From Azolla caroliniana (lineage: Eukaryota; Plantae; Polypodiophyta), in NCBI GenBank assembly GCA_043228905.1, contig JBHGNT010000011.1:2480001-2544000 (forward strand): a DNA stretch of 64,000 nucleotides. The letters are read 5' to 3'. Below the pieces are notes generated by a model. It was not told the origin of the DNA, did not search any database, and saw only the letters and a list, made by a program, of their open reading frames with translations. Positions 14,285 through 25,206 of this stretch are shown in pieces. Positions within the stretch are counted from its first letter, which is position 1. Every line of letters begins with the position of its first letter. Both the position numbers and the translations under genes were made by a program.

Positions 14285-14685
14285 ATTGCTTAAATAACAC
14301 ATATAATTGAGAGAAAAGGGATGGATCTGACCTTACGACCATATACTTGTCCTTTTGGGGATTGACCGAGGGTATCAAGGGGGATAACGGAAATTTAGGG
14401 GCACTTGGGAGAAGTAAATAGAAACTCGAAGGTATTTTATGGTTTTCCTCCCTTATATACAGACACGTAAATACAATATGTTTGCAAATGGTATTTTCCA
14501 TCAACTGTATTTTGTATATCTACATACGCATATCCGATTGCTTCAATAACACATATAATTGAGGGAAAAGGGATTAATCAACCATATAATTTTTTTTTCG
14601 AGGATTGATTAAGGGTATCAGATACGAAAATTCAGGGGCATTTGGTAGAAGTAAACAGAAACCCCAGGGTATTTGATGATTTTCT
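14285..14685. repeat. Degenerate direct duplication (~150-170 bp, period ~250 bp)
   Basis: aataacacatataattgagRgaaaagggat...gggtatca...gggca.ttgg.agaagtaaa.agaaac occurs at about 14293 and 14545. Confidence 0.65.
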
Positions 14686-17600
14686 AACATACACACACAC
14701 ACACATACATTATGCTTGCATAATTGTTATTGGTCTGTAAAATGTAATTATATATCTATATACACATATGTGCAGTATACATACAAAACTCCGCGCTTGG
14801 TTTATGAAATAAGAACAATCACATTAGAGTGTGTAGGTTTGTATCACATAAGTGTGAAATCAAGAGCTTAGACCTTACAAAATAGGACAGAGGACTACAA
14901 TGAAAAGACATAAGGGAAAAAGCAAAATACAAGAGGCAAAATGACAAGAGAAGGGTTTGTGAAACAATTCGATGTGACGTATAAGGAATTTGAAAGAGAG
15001 AGAAAATCTAAATATTTTTTTTTTACGAAAAGAGGATTGACAAGATAAAATTTACTCAGTCGCTATTTTAACGTACAAAAAGGAGAAAAGGAAATTTTAT
15101 TTATTTATTTATGCAGACATGTAAGTCCGTCTTATGCGTACATTACAAAGGTCCCTTTCATATGTATCAAACTATGAGAAATAGCTTGCATTGTCAAAGA
15201 GCTTTTGTCGGCGAAGCCTGTCTCTTGCTTGTCTACAGTACTCATTGTTGTCACTTATTACGACATAGGTTGTCACTAATTCTCACCATTGCCACTCATG
15301 ACTATGTCATAACCTTTCATGTGTCGTGAGGTGTAATAGATAACATGCTTTTGAATCAGAGGATTTATAACCATGAAGTTTTGATGGTTGCCAACTTGAA
15401 GGATAGATATTGTGTTCTGTGGCCTAGGTTGATATCATTAACTTTCCTAGTAAGTTGTGTCACAATTGGTAGATAGAGAGGTATATCAATTGAGGTAAAA
15501 ACTTTGCTTCGCCCCACCATACCTACATGGTGGGCATGTGCGCAGTTCGATTTCCATCAACTCATGATACAAAGAGACATAAGAGAATTGAGGCCTCTTT
15601 CTTATAAATAAAAATTACAAAGTCATGACGACAACTATTATTGCATAATGGGCTATTACAAGGGCACGAGTTCCACACCATAGTACGTAAAATTCGTGTT
15701 CGTTTAGCATAACATTCGTTTTCCTACGTTGGAAAACGAATGTGAATGTTATTCAAACATTCTTGTGTTTTTTTCCCCTTTTTTTGTGTTTTTTTATTTA
15801 CCTCATAATAAATAGTTAATCCAAAAGTATGGTATTTACCATTCTTCGAGGGTGTTTACCATACTCGAATGATTGAAACATTCACGAATGTGAATGCACA
15901 TATGGTACGTATGGTTCATACTATGTTCCACACATTTCTCAAAAACTTGCAAATGTATAAAGGCCAACAGATGGTGATGTGTAACAATTAATGGTAATTG
16001 TTTTTTGAATAAGGGAGTACATGTTAGGCTCACCACACCTAAGCGCTGAGGCATGTGGAGAGTTGGATTCTCATGGTGCAAGGGAAAATGATCCCATATT
16101 TAAAAAGCTTTTGCCATGTGTAAAGTACTTTAAGGAGGATGTATGATAGAAGTTGTATTCCTTTTCCTGAGCCATCAACATATAAGCTGGCAATAACCAA
16201 TTAATGGTACTAGTGACTGGAGGAATGCTATAAGCACATCATGTCAATACAACAAATGTTGTGAAGATAAAAGGTTACCAATGTTCTCTTGTTGATATAT
16301 TTTTCATAAGAACCCAAAAGGATTCTACGAGATATGAGAACTTGCACTAAAGTATATTGAAATGATAATAATGGTATAAATTTTGATAGACTAAGGCCTA
16401 CTTGAGAGCACACAATGCAATTTAAGCTTTCACCGAAACATGCTAGATAACCAATGCTAATTATCATATGGAAATAAAGTATGCGTAGACAAATATTCAA
16501 CATAGAATCAATGGAGAAATTAGATACTTATGTTTAAATAACAGAGCATTGAAGTGTGATTAAAACAAAGAGTTTGATAAAGCAAGGTCATATGCTCTGA
16601 AAGTAGGCACACATATAGCTTAGTGATAAATTGAAGTACTTACTACTAAGCCTCTCTCTCTTAGGGTAGTTGACATCAAATAAATCGCTCTCTCTTTGGG
16701 TAGTTGACAATTGTTCACATCAACACCCCCTCACATAATTTACATGTACCAAACAAAAGTTTCAAATTCTTCTTTATCTTTTAAATATACAATATCAAAC
16801 TCCTAAAATTGTCTAGTTGGCCAAATTCAACATCGTCCTCTTGTGAGTTCCCACATCATTCTATTGCATGGCTTCCCCCATTATCTTACTCATTTTTGTG
16901 TGTTGGTATTTTCCCCATTAGGTGTGAACAACACTCTACATGTGTAAATTCAAAGTAAAAGGGGGTACATTAAATATGGTAGATGAGTTATTGAGCCTTA
17001 GATTGTATTGTAGGGTTAGCTCACCCATTGAGCTACACATATATTGTTTTCTATGTGTTGCATGTCATGAGTTCGAGATCTCATTGGAAGAGGAGTTATG
17101 TGTAAGGTGGCAACAATTATACAAGGTTTATGACTACTCCATGAATGGAGTAAATGATGTCAACATGGAACTCTTTGTGGGTTGAAGCCATGGTCACTAA
17201 TAATATCAAACAAGAAGCTCAACAGGATGAAGGACACATTATGGAAGTTCTAAATTACAACCATGATGGATTTGTATGAGGTCATGGAAATTATACTTAT
17301 ATTGGATGTTGACTTGGTGAGAACCACAAACAAAAGAACTTGACATTCATGTTCACTCTACTTGATAGTGAATTGCTTGCATGGAAAAGATATAATGCAA
17401 ACACAAAGTATGCAAATTTAGTAGGGACAACCAATTTTCTGCTATTGAGCGGACAAGCTCAACCGGATTTGGATCCGGATCGGCTGAACAAGCCAAAGCC
17501 GGATCAGAGTCTGGAATGGAGAACCGGATTGGTGTCTGGATGGTATCTGGAACCAGGAGCCAGATCAAATTGTAACCGATAGGCCATTAGACGCCTACGA

Positions 17601-18265
17601 ATCTAGCCTAGTATGTAGGCATATTTTTAGGAGTCAGTGTCAGTCGCTCGTATGAGCATTGAAGTACTTGTTAGTACTTCTGTCAGTCCTTTTAAGGACT
17701 TGTATAAAAAGTGCTTACTAAGCACATTGTATGTACAGAGTGTTATTGTTTTGAATTGGGTTTATTGTTATGCTCTCTCTATCTCTCCCGTGTAAGGTTT
17801 CCATTAAACCCGTGTCTTTATATTTTGTTGCAATCTGGCTGAGCCAAATTTGTCTTAGCTTCCGCATATTTACTTTTACATGGTATCAGAGCGCGAGGGT
17901 TGAGAACCTTTGCAACCGACAAGCGATTTCCGAAGACAAACCCTAACACCCGGTAAAGAACAGACAAAGGTTAGAATGGACAGAGGAATGGCGAGCTCGC
18001 TCCTGACGGAGAAGCTCGACAGATCCAACTACGTATCTTGGACGTACAAGATGCAACCGTACCTGCTCAGGCACAGTTACTGGAGTTATGTCGACAGAGC
18101 TAATGATATGGCACACAAGGACTTCCCGACTTGGGAACAAGCAGCAAGCAAAGTTATGTACTGCGTCGCATCCAGTGTCGGCGATCAACTGCTGAGCCAT
18201 ATCCGGGACGCGAAGACACCGAAGGAAGCTTGGGGAAACATGAAGAAGGTCTTTGCTGCAAGCAC

Positions 18266-19065
18266 TAGGGATCGCCAATGGTTTGGTTTAGGCTTAGCCG
18301 GTTTGTCCTGATCCAAGCCAAACCGTCTAAGCCTAAACCGTTTACGAGATCTCAAACTTGAGTTGAGTTGAGCCGAGCTGGTTCACAAACCGGTTTAGGC
18401 TAAACCGGTTTGTGAACAAGTTTGGTAAACGGCTTGGAAACCGGTTTCCAAACCGGCTTGGAAACCGGTTTAGAAACCTCCCTCTCTCTCTCTCTCTCAG
18501 ATGATCCACTATATACTATATAGTATACATTGTACAAGCTCTCCCTCCCACTCTCTCTCACGTCTGTGGTCTCGACTCTCTCCCTCTCTCTTTCTCCCCC
18601 CTCTGTGTAGTCTCTCTCTCTCTCTCTCTCCTCTATGTAGTTCCTCTCTCTCTCTCTCCCCTTTGTGTAGTCTCTCTCTCTCTCTCTCCTTATATGTTGT
18701 CTCCCTCCCTCCCTCCCTCCCTCCCTCTCTCTTTCCTCTCTCCCTCTCTCTCTCTCTCTTTCCTCTCTCCCTCTCTCCCTCCCTCTCTCTCTGTGTAGTT
18801 CTCCCTCACTCCCTCACTCCCTCTCCCATCGTCTGTTTAGTCTCCCTCACTCTCACTCTCACTCTCTCTCTTTCCCCTTGTCTGTTGTCTCTCTCCCCCT
18901 CTCTCTAAAGTTTATAAATGGCTTAAACGGTTTAGCCGGCTTGAGCCGGTTTGGCGAGGCTCAAGCCAAGCCGAGCCGAGCCTCTAAGCCGCTAAGCCGC
19001 TAAGCTGTTTTCAAGCCGGCTAAGCCAAACGGTTTAGGCTTGAGCCGAGCAGTTGCCGATCCCTA
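18266..19065. mobile_element. Non-autonomous hAT (Ac/Ds-like) element
   Basis: TIRs TAGGGATCGCCAA / TTGCCGATCCCTA (12/13 match). 8-bp TSD GCAAGCAC / GCAAGCAA (1 mismatch). Subterminal AAACCG/AAGCCG repeats and a CT-rich interior. Confidence 0.85.
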
Positions 19066-19074
19066 GCAAGCAAC

Positions 19075-19830
19075 ATGGCAGCACCTGATGATATGGCACC
19101 TGATGCAACACACAGGGACTTCCCGACTTGGGAACAAGAGGCAAGCAAAGTTATGTACAACGTCGCGTCCAATGTCGGCGATCAGCTGTTGAGCCATATC
19201 CAGGACGCCAAGACACCGAAGGAAGCTTGGGGAAACCTGAAGAAGGTCTTTGCTGCAAGCACCATGGCAACACCTAATGACACGACACCTGATGCGACAC
19301 ACAAGGACTTCCCAACTTGGGAACAAGCGGCAAGCAAAGTTATGTACTGCGTCGCGTCTAGTGTCGACGATCAACTGCTGAGCCATATCCGGGATGCCAA
19401 GACACCGAAGGAAGCTTAGGGAAACCTGAAGAAGGTCTTTGCTGCAAGCACCATGGCAACACCTAATGACATGACACCTGATGCGGCACACAAGGTCTTC
19501 CCAACTTGGGAACAAGCGGCAAGCAAAGTTATGTACTGCGTCGCGTCTAGTGTCGGCGATCAACTGCTGAGCCATATCCGGGACGCCAAGACACCGAAGG
19601 AAGCTTGGGGAAACCTGAAGGTCTTTGCTGCAAGCACCATGGCAACACCTAATGACACGGCACCTGATGCGGCACACAAGGACTTCCCAACTTGGGAACA
19701 AGCGGCAAAGCAAAGTTATGTACTGCGTCGCGTCTAGTGTCGGCGATCAGCTGTTGAGCCATATCCGGGACGCCAAGACACCAAAGGAAGCTTGGGGAAA
19801 CTTGAAGAAGGTCTTTGCTGCAAGCACCAC
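19075..19830 (+). repeat. 189-bp tandem repeat of a gag segment (4 copies here plus a partial first copy before the hAT insertion)
   Basis: 63-codon unit MATPND..PDATHKDFPTWEQAASKVMYCVASSVGDQLLSHIRDAKTPKEAWGNLKKVFAAST starts at 19075, 19264, 19453 and 19639. Confidence 0.9.
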
Positions 19831-20639
19831 GGCTCGGAAGCTGCAACTCCGACAAGAGTTGAGCAATGTTCGACAGAAGGACATGTCGGTGGCCAACTAT
19901 ACAACCCCCCGGATCAAAGACATCTGCGACTCATTTGCCTCTATCAACGTAACCGCTGAGGAAGATGAGATGGTGCAGGTTTGTCTTGGGGGCCTGACGT
20001 CAAAGTTCGGAGTATTTGGGACGGCGGTCTGTACAAGGGAGAATACACCCTCGTTTTTTGACTTACAGTCAATGCTCTTGGTAGAGGAGAACCACCTGGG
20101 TGCATCGATGAGCACACACACCGACAATAGGATGCTGTACACAGAGGCGGATCGGCAAGTGGTGGAAGCGGCTGACAAGAGCAGAATTGGAGGCACAAAG
20201 ATGGTGCTGACAGCAATTCCGGACCCTCCAGAAATAGGGGGAGTCAAAGCGGCGCCAGAAGTCTACAACGGAAACTGTCAGAACAAAGCAAGTGATTGAA
20301 TGATTGAAGGAAGGTATAAGAGAATAGAGGAACAGAGGAGAATGGATTGATAAGAGAAGAGTGGATTTATTAGAATAGAATGAGTACAAGGATGAGTCGG
20401 ATACAAGGTAGGCTTGGAGCTAAAGACTGGTGTTGATTCAAACTGATTTGATATGATCTATTTGTCTCTATTTATAGGTTTCTATAGAATAGCTTAGAGA
20501 TTTCTAGAATGTTCTAGAATGTTCTGGACCTAGAATATTCTAGGATGTTCTAGAAGATTTCTAGAATGTTCTAGAAAGTTCTAGAAGTTTCTCTGATACA
20601 ATAATCACTATGAAAAGTAACCTTATCATTTTACATCTT

Positions 20640-20712
20640 GATAGGTTACCTTAATGGTTAGGCTTTGAATTTTGTAATACGAAGTCCTGGGTTCAAGTCT
20701 AGGTGAAGCTCA
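20640..20712 (+). promoter_or_regulatory. tRNA-like Pol III A/B-box cassette in the chromovirus LTR (antisense to the element); second copy at about 34959-35017
   Basis: A-box-like TACCTTAATGG 20647-20657 and B-box-like GGTTCAAGTCT 20690-20700, 32 nt apart. Stem CCTGG/CTAGG surrounds GTTCAAGT. Confidence 0.55.
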
Positions 20713-20859
20713 ATGTTCACGGATTCATGACACTATCCCTCCTCTTAAAACAACGAGTGGAAGGAGTTGTTAACAATGCATGGATGGGTTTGTTGGGATA
20801 ATGACGATGGAAATCGTCAATAAGGGTTGAGCATTAAAAACATTATCGATAGGTGTTCC

Positions 20860-23390
20860 CATGTGCGATCGCTCGGGGTATACCCTAGCCAATCAACTAG
20901 ATAATACAACTTTACTGCACACAATCTTAGAATCAAGAATGGAGGCTACCTCGTACTCTGGGCCATTAGCAAGTTGGAGAGGAGGTGGCGGCGACAACAC
21001 GACACGATTGGGATTCGAGCTGGTGTGGCAAGGTTCCAAAAGAGAGTTGTGAAAGAATGGATGAAGCCACAACTTTGTAGGAAGATCAAGACGGAATGTT
21101 GCATCATTAATGACCGTTCCGTGATGACAAAAGGACCCAAGCATTTATAATCTAGATTATCACATGGTCGAGTAGTCTTTATGTGACGGCGTAACAACCA
21201 TATCCGATCACAAACCTTGAATGGAGACGAAAGACGATGTCGATCTGCGTGGGCCTTATGTTGGGTTTGAGCTTTCTGAAGATGTGAAGACAACTCAGAC
21301 TGGAGGTGTTGCAGTCGGTGGAGGTGCTGCTCTGCACTAGGGTTTGGTGAGATCATTGGAATGTCCAAGAGACACCATTGAGGATGGTTGCCAGTATAGA
21401 CATAGAAAGGTGTGACCTTGGTAGAAGAGTGTATGGTGTTATTGTACGCAAACTCTGCAAGATGCAATATATGACTGGGCCAATCATCTTGTTCATAACT
21501 AATGAAATATTGAAGATACTGCTCAAGTGTTGGATTTGTGCGCTCTATTTGGCCATTAGTTTCGGGATGATATGCTGAAGAGGGTTTGCAAGAGATTCGG
21601 AACCCGTTACATAGGTGCTTCCAAAAGTGAAAGATAAATTGCGAACCACGATCACTAATTATGTCGTTTGGAAGACCATGATGGCGAAATACTTCACACA
21701 TAATGATATCTGTTGTTTCTTGACTAGTGATTCTCTTTACGCAGGGCAAAAAATGTGCCAGCTTGGTAAATCGATCCACTACGGTTAAAATAGCATCAAA
21801 ACCCTGTGAAGGTGGCAGATATGTAATGAAATCCATAGAAATTGATTGCCATAGGATGATGCTTAGGCATTTTGGCTCGACAACATGTGTCACATGTGCG
21901 AACATAATCTTCAAAACATTGTTGTAAATGAGGCCACCAAAATGATCGCTTCACTAGCTCCATGGTCTTGGCAATACCAAAGTGTCCGACCATACGTGCA
22001 TCATGATAATGCTCCAACACTCGAAGGCATGGTGATCCATCAGGGACATAAGGGAGGTTCTTGTAGAAAAGTAAGTTATCTTGCCATGTGAACTCCTTAT
22101 AGTGTCGAGATGTCCCTGGAAATGCATGATTTGGACCAAGGTGGGTGAAGACATCCTTAGCAAAATCATCAGAGTGAAGTTGTTGTCGAATACCATCAAG
22201 AAGACTTGAATCCAGTGGCGTGGCACAAAGCGTGGTTGCTTGTAGTTTTGCTGGACCAAGGAGAACTTGCTTTTGATTGTCGAAAGCTGGATCTCCAGGG
22301 CGAAGTGCCAAATATGAGCGTCAAGATAGAGCATCTACTTGCCCTTGTTGTTTCCTTGGGCGGAAAATGATCTTGAAATCAAAACGAGTTAATGCGCCCA
22401 CCGAGCTTGTCGCCTATTTAGCACTCGAGCCATCTGAAAATATGTAAGATTTTTGTGGTCACTATAAATGATGATTTGATGAGGCAAACCTTCCAAGAAA
22501 TGTGGCCATTGCGCAAAAGAGTCGACCAAGCTAGTAACTCTTTGTCATGCACCTCATAGTTGATCCCGCAACATTAAATTTTCTTGAGTGAAACGCGACT
22601 GGATGCAACTGCCCATCTTCACCTGGCTGTGATAGGATGCTCCCCAATGCAAAGTTGGATGCATCTGCCTCAATGGTAAATGGCTTTTCTGGATCAACAT
22701 GAGCTAAGACAAGAGCTGATGTGAATGCCTCTTTCAACTGAGTAAAGACTTTGTCTGCTTCAGGAGTCCAAACAAATGCTTGATTTTTCTTGGTGAGTTG
22801 AGTGAGCGGCAATACAATCTTCAAATAATTCCATATGAATTTGTGGTAGAAGTTGGCAAATCCAAGGAAACACTGGACATCATGGACAGAACTTGGAGTA
22901 TGCCATTCCAATATTGTTTGAATTTTCCCTGGATCCATGAAGATACCTTTGGATGAAATGGTATAACCCAAGAACTGAACTTCTTTGCAATCAAAACTAC
23001 ACTTCTCCAGTTTGGCATAAAGACCATACTCTCTTAAGCGTTGCAGTACCTTCCACACATGTATATCATACTCCGCATGTGTTCGAGAGTAAATCAATAG
23101 ATCAACTAAATAGATGATGAGAAAGATATCAGGAAAATCTCGGAAAATGTCATTTGCCATATGTTGAAACACGGCGGGAGCATTTGTGAGCCCAAAAGAC
23201 ATTATTGTATACTCGAAATGGCCATACCGAGTGCGAAATGCAGTCTTCCACTCATCTCCCGGTTGAATACAGACAAGATTAGATGCACCCCTTAGATGAA
23301 TCTTGGTAAAATGCTTTGCCCCACCAATGCGCTCTAAAAGACTAGAAATTAAAGGTAGAGCATACCTATTTCTTATTGTGACTTTATTTA
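20860..23390 (-). pseudogene. Chromovirus pol remnant (RT-RNaseH-IN-chromodomain), frameshifted
   Basis: Motifs MSFGLTNAPAVFQ, YLVD (decayed YLDD), EADASNFALG, WQSISMDFI, SAYHPETNGQIER, GPF, EYEVASILDS. Confidence 0.9.
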
Positions 23391-25080
23391 TGTTGGGAAA
23401 TCGGTCCCTCCAAATGGGATCTGGTTATGAATGAAGAGAACCCAGTGAGAACCGAAAGAGAAGACATATTTGTAAATATGTTATGAGTAAGCCTATTGAG
23501 GCTATATTTGTAAATATCCCTAAGTTCATATAAGTATATATATGACTTAGGGCAATCACTTAACGTGTTGTTGTCATATTGTTGTAACTGTTGTAAAGAG
23601 AGTGAGTGAGTGTGAGATATAGAGAAATACTCTATTGTAACCGCCGATTGGTGTAGATATAGAGCTCGAGGTCGTTGCCTCCGAGGCTTTGAGTGTACCT
23701 TTCTCATATAGTGATAGTTGGAGTTTGTGGGCTCCCATGGTTTTTTTCCCATTTAGGGTGTTCCACGTAAACATCCTGTGTATTTCCTTGTGTACTCTCC
23801 ATTTCCCATTTCTGTGTTTCATTTCAAGTGAAGTGTTCAAGACTCGGTTGTGGTCGAGCTATTCTCATCAAACTAGTATCCGAACAAACAACACAGGAAA
23901 TGGAAGAATCATTCGGCGGCATGTTCAAGCTCACCGGCTCCAACTACTTAGTGTGGAAGTCGAAGATGAGGGATATGCTGGTGGTTAAAGATCTTTGGTT
24001 GCCGGTTAAGTTCGGGGACAAGAGACCGGACAAGATCGACACCATAGTGTGGGAGGTGATGCACATGAAGACGACGACATACATCCGGTGCTTCATCGAC
24101 ATGAGCCTGTACAACAACTTCAATGAAGAGAGCAAGGTTCATGAACTCTGGGAGAAGATCGACATCATGTTCCAGAACGAGAATGCTGTTAATCGGGTTT
24201 CGGTATTCCGGAGGCTAGTGAGGCTTCGGTACCAGGATGGCTCCAATATGGCGGAGCACATGAATGCCTTCCAGGGGCTGATACACCAAGCAACCTCGTT
24301 GGAAGTCCTCTTGCCGATGAGGTACTCGCATTACTCTTGCTCGGTTCCCTCCTGGATAGTTCGGAGACGCTAGTTGTCACGTTGGGCAACGCCGGGCCGG
24401 AAGGAAAACAGTTGTCCCTAGCAAGGGTAAAATCAAGCTTGCTAGATGAAGAAGCTCGCCGGTGTCGTGCCTTTCGGCTCCGGATCGTTGCGTAAGTCGG
24501 GTGGGAACCGCCGAGGTTTTGGACTAGGAGAAAGAAGAATATGAGATGAGGCTAGTAATGGATAGATTATTAGAAAGAGAGATAGAAATTTCGTGAATCC
24601 CACGAGTGTATTGTAATCGATTAATCAATATTTAGATAAGAATATGTATTTAGATTGAAAGAAAGATATAAGAAACTTGTGAATCCCACAAGTATAGATT
24701 ATATTATTTTCGTGAATCCCACGATTATATTAATCGGTTGGTGTTTTCGGAAATATATCCAATTTCCAAATATTTCACACACCTATTACATTGTGCTCCC
24801 CATCCTTATGTAGTGATGGGAGAGACTAAGCATAGCTACATGCTTTTTTTTTCTAATATGTTCATGCACACTAAATGTGCATGTAATGCTTTTCTAATCC
24901 TTGCTTTTATTTGCTAAATATAGTGCTCATGCACGCTAGATGTGCATGAGTCACTTTTTAGTTGCTTGCGTTTTTCTATAAAATATTCACGCACTCTAAA
25001 AATACATGATTTACCTTTTTAATAAAGGTAGGCGCAAATAAAGCACTTATAGTTATTAAATCTATTTGTAGAACACTAAA

Positions 25081-25152
25081 GATAAGGTAGCATAATGGTA
25101 AAGTTGAGGTTTGGCTACGTGGAGGTACAAGGTTTGAATCTTGCCCTATGCA
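25081..25152 (+). promoter_or_regulatory. tRNA-like Pol III A/B-box cassette in the 3' LTR of the gag-only element (B-box C>T mutated)
   Basis: A-box TAGCATAATGG 25088-25098; B-box GGTTTGAATCT 25131-25141. Confidence 0.55.
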
Positions 25153-25206
25153 CGTGATAAATATCTTGATTTTCTTATTTTATTTATTTATATGTAATTA
25201 AATCGG

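Larger units (their letters stand above)
17443..20275 (+). mobile_element. Ty1/Copia family A, element A1 (5' LTR and decayed gag); outermost host of the nest
   Basis: LTR 17443-17880 is homologous to the LTR at 37752. PBS TGGTATCAGAGC (tRNA-iMet) at 17881-17892. gag MDRGMASSLLTEKLDRSNY... is interrupted at 20276. Confidence 0.85.

Noticed and set aside
16600-17400. Possible old Copia fragments
   Set aside because: Too degenerate to assign boundaries or domains by eye.
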